Shown: one piece after another, positions 55,904 to 64,000 of the stretch | Numbering within the stretch: position 1 is the first letter of the stretch | How the letters are laid out: every line of letters begins with the position of its first letter | Origin: Patescibacteria group bacterium | GTDB lineage: Bacteria; Patescibacteriota; Gracilibacteria; UBA1369; LOWO2-01-FULL-3 | DNA length: 64,000 bases | Direction: 5' to 3' | Assembly (NCBI GenBank): GCA_038065735.1 | Contig: JBBTQK010000003.1 | Location: 64,704-128,703 of the forward strand | Program-made: the position numbers and the translations under genes | Notes under the pieces: model-generated | The model's input: only the letters and a program-made list of their open reading frames with translations | What the model was told of the DNA's origin: nothing | Databases searched by the model: none

Positions 55904-58033
55904 ATGCAAACAAAAACAAAAGCCTTAATGATATTGGGAGGTTTTTTAGTAATCGCGGCTTTATATTCTAGTAATCCTTCTCTTTTGAAAGGGCAGATGA
56001 TTGTTAAAGATATTACACAAAAATCGGAAGTGGATTTGGTAGTCTCAGTTGCGCCTAAGTTTATCGGTAAAGCTGTTGAACCAGGAGAAAAAGATGTAGT
56101 GGCGCTTAGTTTTTCTCTGAGAGCAAATAAAAATGATATTGCTGTCAGTGGCATTAGAGTACGTGCTAAATCAGAGCCGGCTGGATTATATGAAAATGTG
56201 CGGTTAGTTGATGGCGCGGATGAGTCTGTTCTTACCTCTGGTACTGTGAAATCTAATTATATTTCTTTTGAAAAAGCTTTTACAGTCAAAGCTGGAACAA
56301 GAAAATTGTTGAATGTTGTAATAGATATTAAGTCTGATCTGACTAGCGATGGAAACCTAACCCTTGCAGTTGGAGATGTGGTATCAAAAAAGAAAAAAGG
56401 ATCGGTTTTTGTCATTATTGAAGATAAAGATCCTATTGTTTTTAATGTGATTAAAAAAGAAGTTGCAGTTGTTCCTTTAACTCCGGTTGATGCATTACTA
56501 ACGAAACCAAAAATTGCACAAGCCGTTGGTGATTTATCTGAAAGTGATAGGGAATTTTTGAATAGTGCTTATGACCAATTGATTTCTGGTGAAACTAGCA
56601 GTTGGTATGAGTATGATAATTATGGTCCGTATGACTTCTCATATGAGGATATTCGTAAGATTTGGTTAAGAAGAGTAGCTTTTTCTTTTTATGTTGAGTT
56701 AACTAAAAATTTGCCATGGAGTTTGGAAAGTTATGAGCAGGAAGACTTAAGTTGGATGCTGTCGTTTTGTACTGATTTCAATCCAAATCTTAATAAAGAT
56801 GGTATCGCTGGTAATGATTACGTAAGAAATTCTCCATATCCGTGTGGGCAATATTTTAGAACGAATGTTGGAAGCTTCGGAGAGGCTGGTTTTTACCATA
56901 TGATTAAACTAATTGAACCAAATCCTCTACAAACATATGAAATTAGTCAGAAAATTATGAACTATGAGAAAGTTGTAAATGTAAAAATTGAGGATGGTCC
57001 AGATGCTATAAATAACCAAAAAAATTTTATTGATAAGGCTATCATTGGTATGAGAAAAAGAGGTTGGAGTCATTATAGTACGGTGGATCAAGTTGATGGA
57101 ATGAATCCTTATCCGATTATAACTGCATTTAATTTATCCAAGGGGTCTTCGCATGTTAATGCCCATTTTTTAGCTGACATTAGTCGTACCTGGAACATAC
57201 CTGCTATTGTAGGTAACAATCAGCAAAACTTTGGGCATGGGAGTATTATTTTCCCTTCTGAAAATATAGGTCTATATTCAGGAGATGATGTGCAGAGTGA
57301 ATTTGTATATTTACCGGTAAAAGAGTCTTATTTTACAGAAAGTTATCTTTATAATATTTTTGATAAAAATGTTTGCGATGTTGATAAAGAGAAAAATAAA
57401 GCATTTTTGGAGAGGTTGTTTTCATATAGAGATGATCCTCAATACTCTTATCTTGTCTATACCACTGGCTTGTCATACGGTCCAACGCCATCTTACTGTG
57501 AAAGTGGTAAAAAATTTGTAGAAAGTTATGTTAATTCGTTTCAGAGTGTTCATTGCGATAAGGGGGCTGGTGATAGCCAGTGTTTAGGTGGTAAATGTGC
57601 TGGAATATGGCAGCCTGCTCTAACTTCTGAAGAAATAGATCAGTGGACAAATACCTTATTTGAAGACCATATTTGTGGTGAGAATTTTTCTTTGGAACCT
57701 AAAACTTATGTAATTAATTCCGTAGATTTTTCAGCACCACTGCAGGTTAATAATAAAATATCTATTAGTGTCACGGGAGATTTTTTAAATGTAAGGGCTT
57801 GGGTGGCTTGTGGAGAAATTATAAATGCAAATTTAAAATTTATTGGCGTGGCAACTAAAAAGAGCACAAACGAATATGAGACTGTTTTTACAGGTAAGAA
57901 AGCTGGTTCAACAGAAGAAATCCCTACCTGTGATGCTATGAAAATGTTAGTTAGTGGTTATTATGGCCAATCAGTGAATGGTTTATATCCCAAAGTAGAA
58001 AAGATTGTTGGACCATTTAGTTATACTAAATAA
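55904..58033 (+). CDS. large secreted or membrane-anchored protein (709 aa), function unknown
   Basis: Start at ATG 55904 gives MQTKTKALMILGGFLVIAALYSS, an N-terminal signal or anchor. Beta-rich N-terminal region and a Cys-rich C-terminal half. Confidence 0.7.
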   Translation: MQTKTKALMILGGFLVIAALYSSNPSLLKGQMIVKDITQKSEVDLVVSVAPKFIGKAVEPGEKDVVALSFSLRANKNDIAVSGIRVRAKSEPAGLYENVRLVDGADESVLTSGTVKSNYISFEKAFTVKAGTRKLLNVVIDIKSDLTSDGNLTLAVGDVVSKKKKGSVFVIIEDKDPIVFNVIKKEVAVVPLTPVDALLTKPKIAQAVGDLSESDREFLNSAYDQLISGETSSWYEYDNYGPYDFSYEDIRKIWLRRVAFSFYVELTKNLPWSLESYEQEDLSWMLSFCTDFNPNLNKDGIAGNDYVRNSPYPCGQYFRTNVGSFGEAGFYHMIKLIEPNPLQTYEISQKIMNYEKVVNVKIEDGPDAINNQKNFIDKAIIGMRKRGWSHYSTVDQVDGMNPYPIITAFNLSKGSSHVNAHFLADISRTWNIPAIVGNNQQNFGHGSIIFPSENIGLYSGDDVQSEFVYLPVKESYFTESYLYNIFDKNVCDVDKEKNKAFLERLFSYRDDPQYSYLVYTTGLSYGPTPSYCESGKKFVESYVNSFQSVHCDKGAGDSQCLGGKCAGIWQPALTSEEIDQWTNTLFEDHICGENFSLEPKTYVINSVDFSAPLQVNNKISISVTGDFLNVRAWVACGEIINANLKFIGVATKKSTNEYETVFTGKKAGSTEEIPTCDAMKMLVSGYYGQSVNGLYPKVEKIVGPFSYTK

Positions 58034-58684
58034 CTATTGTTTGTCTTTGACCTTGTCCCAGTCTTCTAAAAATTTTTTAATTCCACTGTCGGTGAGTGGA
58101 TGTTGGATTAATTTTGCCATGATTTCTGGAGGCATTGTTGCGATGTCGGCTCCTAATTTTGCTGCATCGACGACGTGACGGGGATGTCTAATGCTTGCAA
58201 CTAAAACTTTAGTTTTGTAACCGTAATTTTTGTAGATCTGTGTAATTTCTGCAATTAAATTCATTCCATCTTGGGAAATATCGTCCAAGCGACCAATAAA
58301 AGGGCTGACCAAAGTTGCCCCAGCTTTTGCGGCTAAGAGAGCCTGGCTAGCAGAAAAAACTAGAGTTACATTTGTTTTAATTCCTTCTTTTGTGAGAATT
58401 TTTACCGCCTGTAAGCCCTCGGCTGTCATTGGCACTTTTACGTATATATTGCGATGCCACCTTGCGTAAGCACGGCCCTGTTTTAGCATTTCATCAAGGT
58501 CATTACTGACAACTTCTGAGCTAATTGGACCGTTTACAACCTTACAAATTTCTTTGATACGTTTTTCTAACGACACGCCTTCTTTGGCTATTAAAGTTGG
58601 ATTTGTGGTCACTCCATCAACTATGCCCCAAGCTGCATATTTTTTGATTTCTTCGATATTTGCTGTGTCTAGGAATAATTGCAT
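58034..58684 (-). CDS. tal: transaldolase / fructose-6-phosphate aldolase family (216-aa short type)
   Basis: [14 protein letters not shown]...GVTTNPTL N-terminus and the Schiff-base Lys context VKVP. Confidence 0.93.
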   Translation of the reverse strand: MQLFLDTANIEEIKKYAAWGIVDGVTTNPTLIAKEGVSLEKRIKEICKVVNGPISSEVVSNDLDEMLKQGRAYARWHRNIYVKVPMTAEGLQAVKILTKEGIKTNVTLVFSASQALLAAKAGATLVSPFIGRLDDISQDGMNLIAEITQIYKNYGYKTKVLVASIRHPRHVVDAAKLGADIATMPPEIMAKLIQHPLTDSGIKKFLEDWDKVKDKQ

Positions 58685-58751
58685 GGAAGTTTTGGATTAG
58701 GGGGTTGATTTTATTGTAGGCAATTTTGAGGGTGATTAAAAGCTCTTTTTA

Positions 58752-58760
58752 TGGTATAAT
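58752..58760 (+). promoter_or_regulatory. extended -10 promoter (TGgTATAAT) for 58785 gene
   Basis: Lies 25 nt upstream of the TTG start given by the ORF track. Confidence 0.5.
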
Positions 58761-58784
58761 TAAGGGATTTTTTAATGCATTTGT

Positions 58785-61700
58785 TTGACTATATTTAAGA
58801 ATACAAAAAATTGGCATAGAGGATTAATTTTTGATCGGTTGGATGCGCCTCAAATTTCTTCGTCAGAAAATCCTCAAAAAAGGGCTGAAAAAATTCTGAA
58901 AGAAAAGAGTGATTATGCTGAGAATTCTATAGATGAGCGCATGGATTTAGATGTGGGGGATCAGTTAGTGGATTCAGAAGTCCAGGATGCAGTGGATAAA
59001 ATTGCTAGTGTCAGAAAATTGATTGATAAGAAAAGGGCTACGTATTATGAAGTTGTTCGTAATATGTATTACAAAACTGTAAAGGAGAATGCTAGCGATA
59101 TAGTTAATGCGGAATATGCTGAAAAAGTGGCTTTGGCCTATAAAGATTTAGTGGATTCATATAGTGATGTTATTAAAATTCAGGAGGAATCTAAAGATCC
59201 TGAATTCGTTAGGCAATTGGCTGGAGATTTGCTGAAAGTTGAAGTTCCATTGATAAAGACTGTTACTGTTAATAAAACTCGTGATGTTCCAGTAATGGAT
59301 TTAATGGAATTGAGCGACATAAATAATGTTCAAAAGGCAGCAAACAGAAAACAAGCTTATGTAGAAACTAAAATTCAGATCGTTAAAAAAACGTATGAAA
59401 TTCCAAAAAATGCTGAGAAATATAATATTCTAAAAAATGGAGCAGAGATGGCGGTACTTGGCTCAAGGGCTGATTTATTTTTAACGACTAGAGATCAAGC
59501 TTATGAAAAATTCTATCATCAGAATATTGAGCAGAGAAGTAAAAACATGCATGCTAATGGAAAAGTAGCGATCAAAAGAGCTGAGGAAGCCGATGGGAAG
59601 GGTCTTTCAAAAGTTCAAAATGTTATCCGATTGCAGGATAATGCTGAAAAATATCAGGCAATTGATGGGTATACGACCATGCTTGCTCAAAAGCAGTTGG
59701 AAATTGAAAAAATGAGAGTTGCTGATCCAGTGAAAGCCTGTAGTTTGGCTAATGAATTTAGCCTATTGGTGGGTAATTTAAAGAAAAATATGGTTGGTTC
59801 ATCGATTGATAAAAAGATTGACCAAAGATTTTTTGGATTGCCCGTGGATACTCTTGAAATCTCTGTTGGATTTTTTGAAGATTTAAAGAAAACATCTCCA
59901 AAAGTCTTTGAACGTTTTTCCCAAATCATAGATATTTATCACAACAAAGCTGTTGGGTTGGCACAGGATATTATTCAAAGAGATCCAGAAATTATCCAGT
60001 TTAAGTGCGACTTGAGTGGGTTTATTAAGAGTGGAGAAGGGCTATTCAAAACTTTCGAAAATCTCAATAAAGAAATAGCAAGAGGGCAAAGTCCATCTCA
60101 ACCATACATGGAAAAAATCCATGAGGAGTTGGAGATTTATATCAATTCTCCATACTTTAGAGACATCAAAAAGAATTGGCCAAGGCAAAAATATTTGTCT
60201 TATTTATCCCAAGATTTAAGTGCTATACCGGGTGCAAAAAAGATGATTGAAACTTGGGAAAATGCTTATAAAGCTTTAGATCAATATAAGGCACAAATTC
60301 TGCAAGTAAGCGCCCAGATAAATGATATGGGTGGCGATAATGTTGACTGGACTGGCTTTTTAAAAGATGCGGGTAAATTTGCACTGGTTATTGCTGCCTG
60401 TGTTGCAACTGGAGGTGCGATGACGGCCATTGTCGCCAATACTTTTACTACTTTGTCTTCAATAGCTGCTGTAAGTACTTTGGGAAATGCAAGTTTGGAT
60501 TATTTAGATGGTAATGGAAATGCTTTTGATCCTAATGCTTTGATGGAAGGGTACATGAATAGCCTTGGTGTGTCCTGGGCAAGTGGTGTTTTGGCGAAAC
60601 CGATTGGTGGGCTTTGGGGAAAATATGCTAGAAAACTTAATGATAAAATGGCGTCTTCTGATATTGGTTGGATTAAGACGTTTGCTGAACGAGGGTATGT
60701 TAATAAAATTTTTGCAAATGGAGAGGGAAGTTTTGGTACTAGGTTTACGTCTGAAATGCTTGAGGAATCATTGGAGGATGGGATGAAAAGGCTTGGTGAG
60801 GCTGTTGCGCCAAAACATCCTTTACTTGGTGCAATATTCCAAATTATTGGTACGTCTGCGAGAGTTGCTAGAGGGGTTTTTAATAGAGGACCATTTAAAA
60901 TTGGTGAAATATATGGACAGGTCACGGATAGTGGAGTGAAGCTCGAATATACTAATTTAAATGAGATAAAAGCTTTTTTGTTGGCAAGGGGTCTTGATGC
61001 GGAATCAATTTCCAGGTTGGAGCAAGAGGGTGGACTCGTGATTGAAAAAGATGGAATTAGGTTGGAGGTTGAGAATGTTGAAGTTGTTTCCACTGATAAG
61101 CTTGATGCTGGGTTTATTAATGGACTGAAATCTAAATACGTATGGGTTAGTCCAGTTAGGGATTGTGGTTTAATTTATGTTCAGAGAAGAGATGGTTCAT
61201 ATACTTTTGTTAAGAAAAATGGGCAGGAAATAAATGCAGTTAAATATAAACAAGTGGTGACGTGGTTTGAGGATGGCTACGCTGGAGTGCAAAGAGAAGA
61301 CGGTTCCTATACTTTTATAGATCGTCAGGGCAGAGAAATTAACGATAAGAAATATAAGGATATAGATGGATTTACAGGTTTCAGCAAGCATGATGGTTAT
61401 GCCGTTGTAATGAGAGAAGATGGTTCGTATACTTTTTTGAATCTTCGAGGTAGGGAAATTAATGATAAAAAATATGCAAGGACGATTTATGGATTTCGTC
61501 CATTTAGTGATGGTTATGTACTGGTTCGTAGAGAGGATGGTTCGTATACCATGATAGATGAAAATGGGAATGAGTTATGTTCGGTAAAATATAAGTTTAT
61601 ACAGGGTTCCTTTGAGTTTGGATACGTTGGTGTGCAGAGGCCGGATGGTTCGTGGAATTTTATTGATAAAAAGGGTAAGGAAATTAATTCAGTTAGGTAT

Positions 61701-62351
61701 GGAGCGGCTGGTCATTTTGATGAATCGGGCTATGCGTGGGTTGAGAGGCTTGATGGATGGTCGACATTTATTGACAAAAGAGGTAATGAAATAAGCAAGC
61801 TTGGTTATCATGATGTTGGAGGATTTTATTATGGTTATAGTTCGGCCCAAAGGCCTGATACTTCATGGACCTTTATTGATAAAAAAGGTAGAGAAATAAC
61901 TAGTAAGGGTTATAAAACGGCAATGCCCTTTGAAGCTGATGGGTATGCAAAAGTCGTAAGGCTGGATGGTAGTAAAGCTAAAATCGATAAAAACGGTGTG
62001 GAAAGTGATGCAAAATGGGATGATAAATGGAATGATATTGGCAAAGTAAAACCTGCTGCAGCGACTCAGTTTGAGCCGGTACCGATTTTTGATAATAGTC
62101 AGAATCAATATCGGGATTTTAGGGAAAAGTTTCCTGGTGAATTAGGGTCAGCTATTTTTATGAAATTTGGAAAATTAAGCTGGAGTGATCATGCTCCTAA
62201 TGTTTTGATTGTTGATAGTTTAAATTCTGGAGATATTTCCATCGGCCAATTTTTATCTGAACGTGGGTATAAAGTTGAGGTTGGTAGTAATGGGGTTGAA
62301 TTTGAAGTTAATGGTCAGAAATTTATAATTATTCTGAAAAATAGTTATTAG
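58785..62351 (+). CDS. giant membrane protein (1188 aa) with about nine C-terminal WG-type beta repeats
   Basis: Hydrophobic segments near FALVIAACVATGGAMTAIVANTF. A repeating ~38-aa unit (DGSYTFIDRQGREINDKKYKDI..F..GYA.V), encoded at ~61150-62000, resembles the WG-containing (KWG-like) repeat family. The start is uncertain (TTG 58785 or ATG 58941). Confidence 0.75.
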   Translation: MTIFKNTKNWHRGLIFDRLDAPQISSSENPQKRAEKILKEKSDYAENSIDERMDLDVGDQLVDSEVQDAVDKIASVRKLIDKKRATYYEVVRNMYYKTVKENASDIVNAEYAEKVALAYKDLVDSYSDVIKIQEESKDPEFVRQLAGDLLKVEVPLIKTVTVNKTRDVPVMDLMELSDINNVQKAANRKQAYVETKIQIVKKTYEIPKNAEKYNILKNGAEMAVLGSRADLFLTTRDQAYEKFYHQNIEQRSKNMHANGKVAIKRAEEADGKGLSKVQNVIRLQDNAEKYQAIDGYTTMLAQKQLEIEKMRVADPVKACSLANEFSLLVGNLKKNMVGSSIDKKIDQRFFGLPVDTLEISVGFFEDLKKTSPKVFERFSQIIDIYHNKAVGLAQDIIQRDPEIIQFKCDLSGFIKSGEGLFKTFENLNKEIARGQSPSQPYMEKIHEELEIYINSPYFRDIKKNWPRQKYLSYLSQDLSAIPGAKKMIETWENAYKALDQYKAQILQVSAQINDMGGDNVDWTGFLKDAGKFALVIAACVATGGAMTAIVANTFTTLSSIAAVSTLGNASLDYLDGNGNAFDPNALMEGYMNSLGVSWASGVLAKPIGGLWGKYARKLNDKMASSDIGWIKTFAERGYVNKIFANGEGSFGTRFTSEMLEESLEDGMKRLGEAVAPKHPLLGAIFQIIGTSARVARGVFNRGPFKIGEIYGQVTDSGVKLEYTNLNEIKAFLLARGLDAESISRLEQEGGLVIEKDGIRLEVENVEVVSTDKLDAGFINGLKSKYVWVSPVRDCGLIYVQRRDGSYTFVKKNGQEINAVKYKQVVTWFEDGYAGVQREDGSYTFIDRQGREINDKKYKDIDGFTGFSKHDGYAVVMREDGSYTFLNLRGREINDKKYARTIYGFRPFSDGYVLVRREDGSYTMIDENGNELCSVKYKFIQGSFEFGYVGVQRPDGSWNFIDKKGKEINSVRYGAAGHFDESGYAWVERLDGWSTFIDKRGNEISKLGYHDVGGFYYGYSSAQRPDTSWTFIDKKGREITSKGYKTAMPFEADGYAKVVRLDGSKAKIDKNGVESDAKWDDKWNDIGKVKPAAATQFEPVPIFDNSQNQYRDFREKFPGELGSAIFMKFGKLSWSDHAPNVLIVDSLNSGDISIGQFLSERGYKVEVGSNGVEFEVNGQKFIIILKNSY

Positions 62352-63104
62352 TTATTGAATTATTATTTCTTTTCCGTCAAAAGTAATGTCGATTTTTTTT
62401 GTGTTCTTAGGGTTGAAAGTAAATTCTTTTTGGAATTTTTCCAGGTCGACCTTTAGAAGGTGGTCACCAGGCGAGAGCATTATTAAATTTGGGAATTCGT
62501 AATCCCAGTAGTCGCTGAGTTTCATACCGTCAATTAAGATTGCGCTGCGAAGGGGGAGTTCTTTTGGCTTTGTGAAGGTCATTACTATGGTTTCGGTTTT
62601 TTCTTTAGCTTTTTGATCGGCCAGATTTTGTATTGCTTGGACTATGTTGTAAAAAGGTTTTATTGAGGATTCTTCTAAAAACTCTCCGCCGCTGTTGGAT
62701 TTATAATAGTTAATTGTGTTAAAAGTGATATTTAACCCAGTTCCTCCGCGATCGTAAACCCTTTCCTGGTGATATGTTTTGATATCCTCAATATTATTTT
62801 CTTCAATTGTTTTGTATAGTTTTGAAAGTTCTTCGTTTGTAACCGTGAATGGAGTTATAACAGTTCTGTAGTCATCATTTACCATTTTGCTTTCGTCTAT
62901 ATAGCTTTGATCCTTTGAGATGAAGACTGTTTTTCCATCTTGTGACATGCCACCATTCTCACTTGAACTCATCTTTAAATCAGCCGGATAATTAGCTTCA
63001 GTTGTATCCGGTTTTGGAGTGTTATCGGGCTCTGAGCATGCAGTAAGTGCTAGAAGGCTAATTGCTAGAATTAAGGTGAGTAAATTTGTGATAATTTTTT
63101 TCAT
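62352..63104 (-). CDS. lipoprotein (250 aa), function unknown
   Basis: ATG at 63104 gives MKKIITNLLTLILAISLLALTAC, a signal peptide with a lipobox Cys. The longer ORF-track version overlaps the divergent gene and is rejected. Confidence 0.7.
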   Translation of the reverse strand: MKKIITNLLTLILAISLLALTACSEPDNTPKPDTTEANYPADLKMSSSENGGMSQDGKTVFISKDQSYIDESKMVNDDYRTVITPFTVTNEELSKLYKTIEENNIEDIKTYHQERVYDRGGTGLNITFNTINYYKSNSGGEFLEESSIKPFYNIVQAIQNLADQKAKEKTETIVMTFTKPKELPLRSAILIDGMKLSDYWDYEFPNLIMLSPGDHLLKVDLEKFQKEFTFNPKNTKKIDITFDGKEIIIQ

Positions 63105-63185
63105 GATTTTGGTGATGGTCAGTAGTTGAGCTAAATTTAGTTTATTCATCTGGTTGCAGCAAGCATTTTGTGATTTAATTTGTTT

Positions 63186-63887
63186 ATGAGTGGTTATTTG
63201 AAGCAGATTATTTGCAATAAAAAAAGTGTGTCGATTGTGATTGATTCCGAGGCTGATGGGTCGGTTTTTTATGAGATTTTTACGGAGAGAGAGTATAAAA
63301 TTTTGGATAATATTATTAGCAAGGCTAGTTCGCCGATTTTGGATATTGGTGCGCATGTTGGGATGTTTTCGATTTATGCTAACTGTTTTAATTCTGATGT
63401 GCAGATTTATGCTTTTGAGCCAGAAGAAAGGAATTTCACTGCTTTGAAGAATAATTTTAAGGAGAACGTGGTGAAGAATGTAATTGCCAAAAATGTGGCT
63501 GTGGCAGCTGAGATTGGCGTGCGAGAATTTAATATTAGTTCCGATTCTCATAATCATAGTTTGATAAAAATTGAGAATGAAGATGGTGAGGTTTTTCCGA
63601 TTAAAAAAGTTTCATGCACAACTATTGAGCAGATTTTTTTGAAGAATAATTTGCAGTCAGTAAGTTTGGTGAAAATGGATTGTGAGGGTGCGGAATTCGA
63701 GATTCTTGCAAATTTAAAGCCTGAAATTTTGGCTAAGATCGGAGCTATTTACATTGAGTACCATCAATATGGTACTCAAATGAATCCCGAGGTTTTGCGT
63801 CAAATTCTTATTGAGAATGGTTTTAAGGTTCAAATGAAACCTTCGCATTTCGATAAAAAATTTGGTTTTATCCTGGCGGTAAGATAG
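63186..63887 (+). CDS. FkbM-family methyltransferase
   Basis: ILDIGAHVGMFSIY SAM-binding motif and VKMDCEGAEFEIL, the FkbM signature. Confidence 0.8.
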   Translation: MSGYLKQIICNKKSVSIVIDSEADGSVFYEIFTEREYKILDNIISKASSPILDIGAHVGMFSIYANCFNSDVQIYAFEPEERNFTALKNNFKENVVKNVIAKNVAVAAEIGVREFNISSDSHNHSLIKIENEDGEVFPIKKVSCTTIEQIFLKNNLQSVSLVKMDCEGAEFEILANLKPEILAKIGAIYIEYHQYGTQMNPEVLRQILIENGFKVQMKPSHFDKKFGFILAVR

Positions 63888-63920
63888 AATTGGAAGAGTG
63901 ATTTTTTACCTCTCTTCACT

Positions 63921-64000
63921 ATGAATAATGATCAAAAGTTTTTAATTTGGCAGCAAAAGTTTAGACGATTTGCTGACTTTATTGGAGCTGCTCAACTTTA
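63921..64000 (+). CDS. start of an unidentified ORF running off the window
   Basis: ATG 63921 followed by 26 sense codons (MNNDQKFLIWQQKFRRFADFIGAAQL). Confidence 0.25.
   Translation, partial: MNNDQKFLIWQQKFRRFADFIGAAQL

Noticed and set aside
63105-63557. Long N-terminal extension of the minus-strand ORF 62352-63557.
   Set aside because: It overlaps the divergent FkbM methyltransferase gene and encodes low-complexity sequence. The internal ATG at 63104 yields a textbook lipoprotein signal peptide.
1-64000. Search for tRNA, rRNA, tmRNA or RNase P, and for transposase, integrase, reverse transcriptase, Cas or known defence genes.
   Set aside because: I saw no T-loop or acceptor-stem pattern and no rRNA-like conserved block in the intergenic regions. 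No ORF has the corresponding catalytic motifs. The only nuclease-type genes are the HNH protein and the PIN toxin.

Overview
Gene-dense, low-GC segment of a streamlined bacterial chromosome. It looks like a Candidate Phyla Radiation (Patescibacteria-like) genome: L30 is missing between rpsE and rplO, intergenic spacers are tiny, and start codons lack Shine-Dalgarno sequences. The minus strand carries almost all recognisable housekeeping genes. These are the alpha/spc/S10 ribosomal superoperon (rplQ fragment to rpsJ, 1-15236), tuf-fusA, rpsG-rpsL-rpoC-ssb-rpoB, an ABC exporter pair, serS, a PIN/AbrB toxin-antitoxin pair, efp-epmA, and a complete pentose-phosphate set (pgl, zwf, gnd, tkt, pgi, tal). 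The plus strand carries msrB-msrA, an FkbM-type methyltransferase and a DUF1624-like membrane protein. Otherwise it holds lineage-specific genes wedged between the housekeeping blocks. These are a four-gene acidic orphan operon between rpsJ and tuf, four more acidic G-skewed orphans (one with a tandem His-Gly-Asp-Thr repeat), a repeat protein, a 592-aa protein with a guanidino-modifying-enzyme-like C-terminal domain, and two large surface proteins. Non-genic structure includes a REP-like two-hairpin element (three copies inside the ribosomal superoperon), small palindromic hairpins abutting stop codons, a 19-20-nt palindrome pair bracketing a retropepsin-like cassette, a degenerate duplicate of the serS 3-prime end bracketing a 2.07-kb insert, and recurrent extended -10 promoters. 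I found no rRNA, tRNA, CRISPR array, transposase, integrase, reverse transcriptase or known defence genes. All functional calls rest on motif and synteny recognition by eye, not on database searches.
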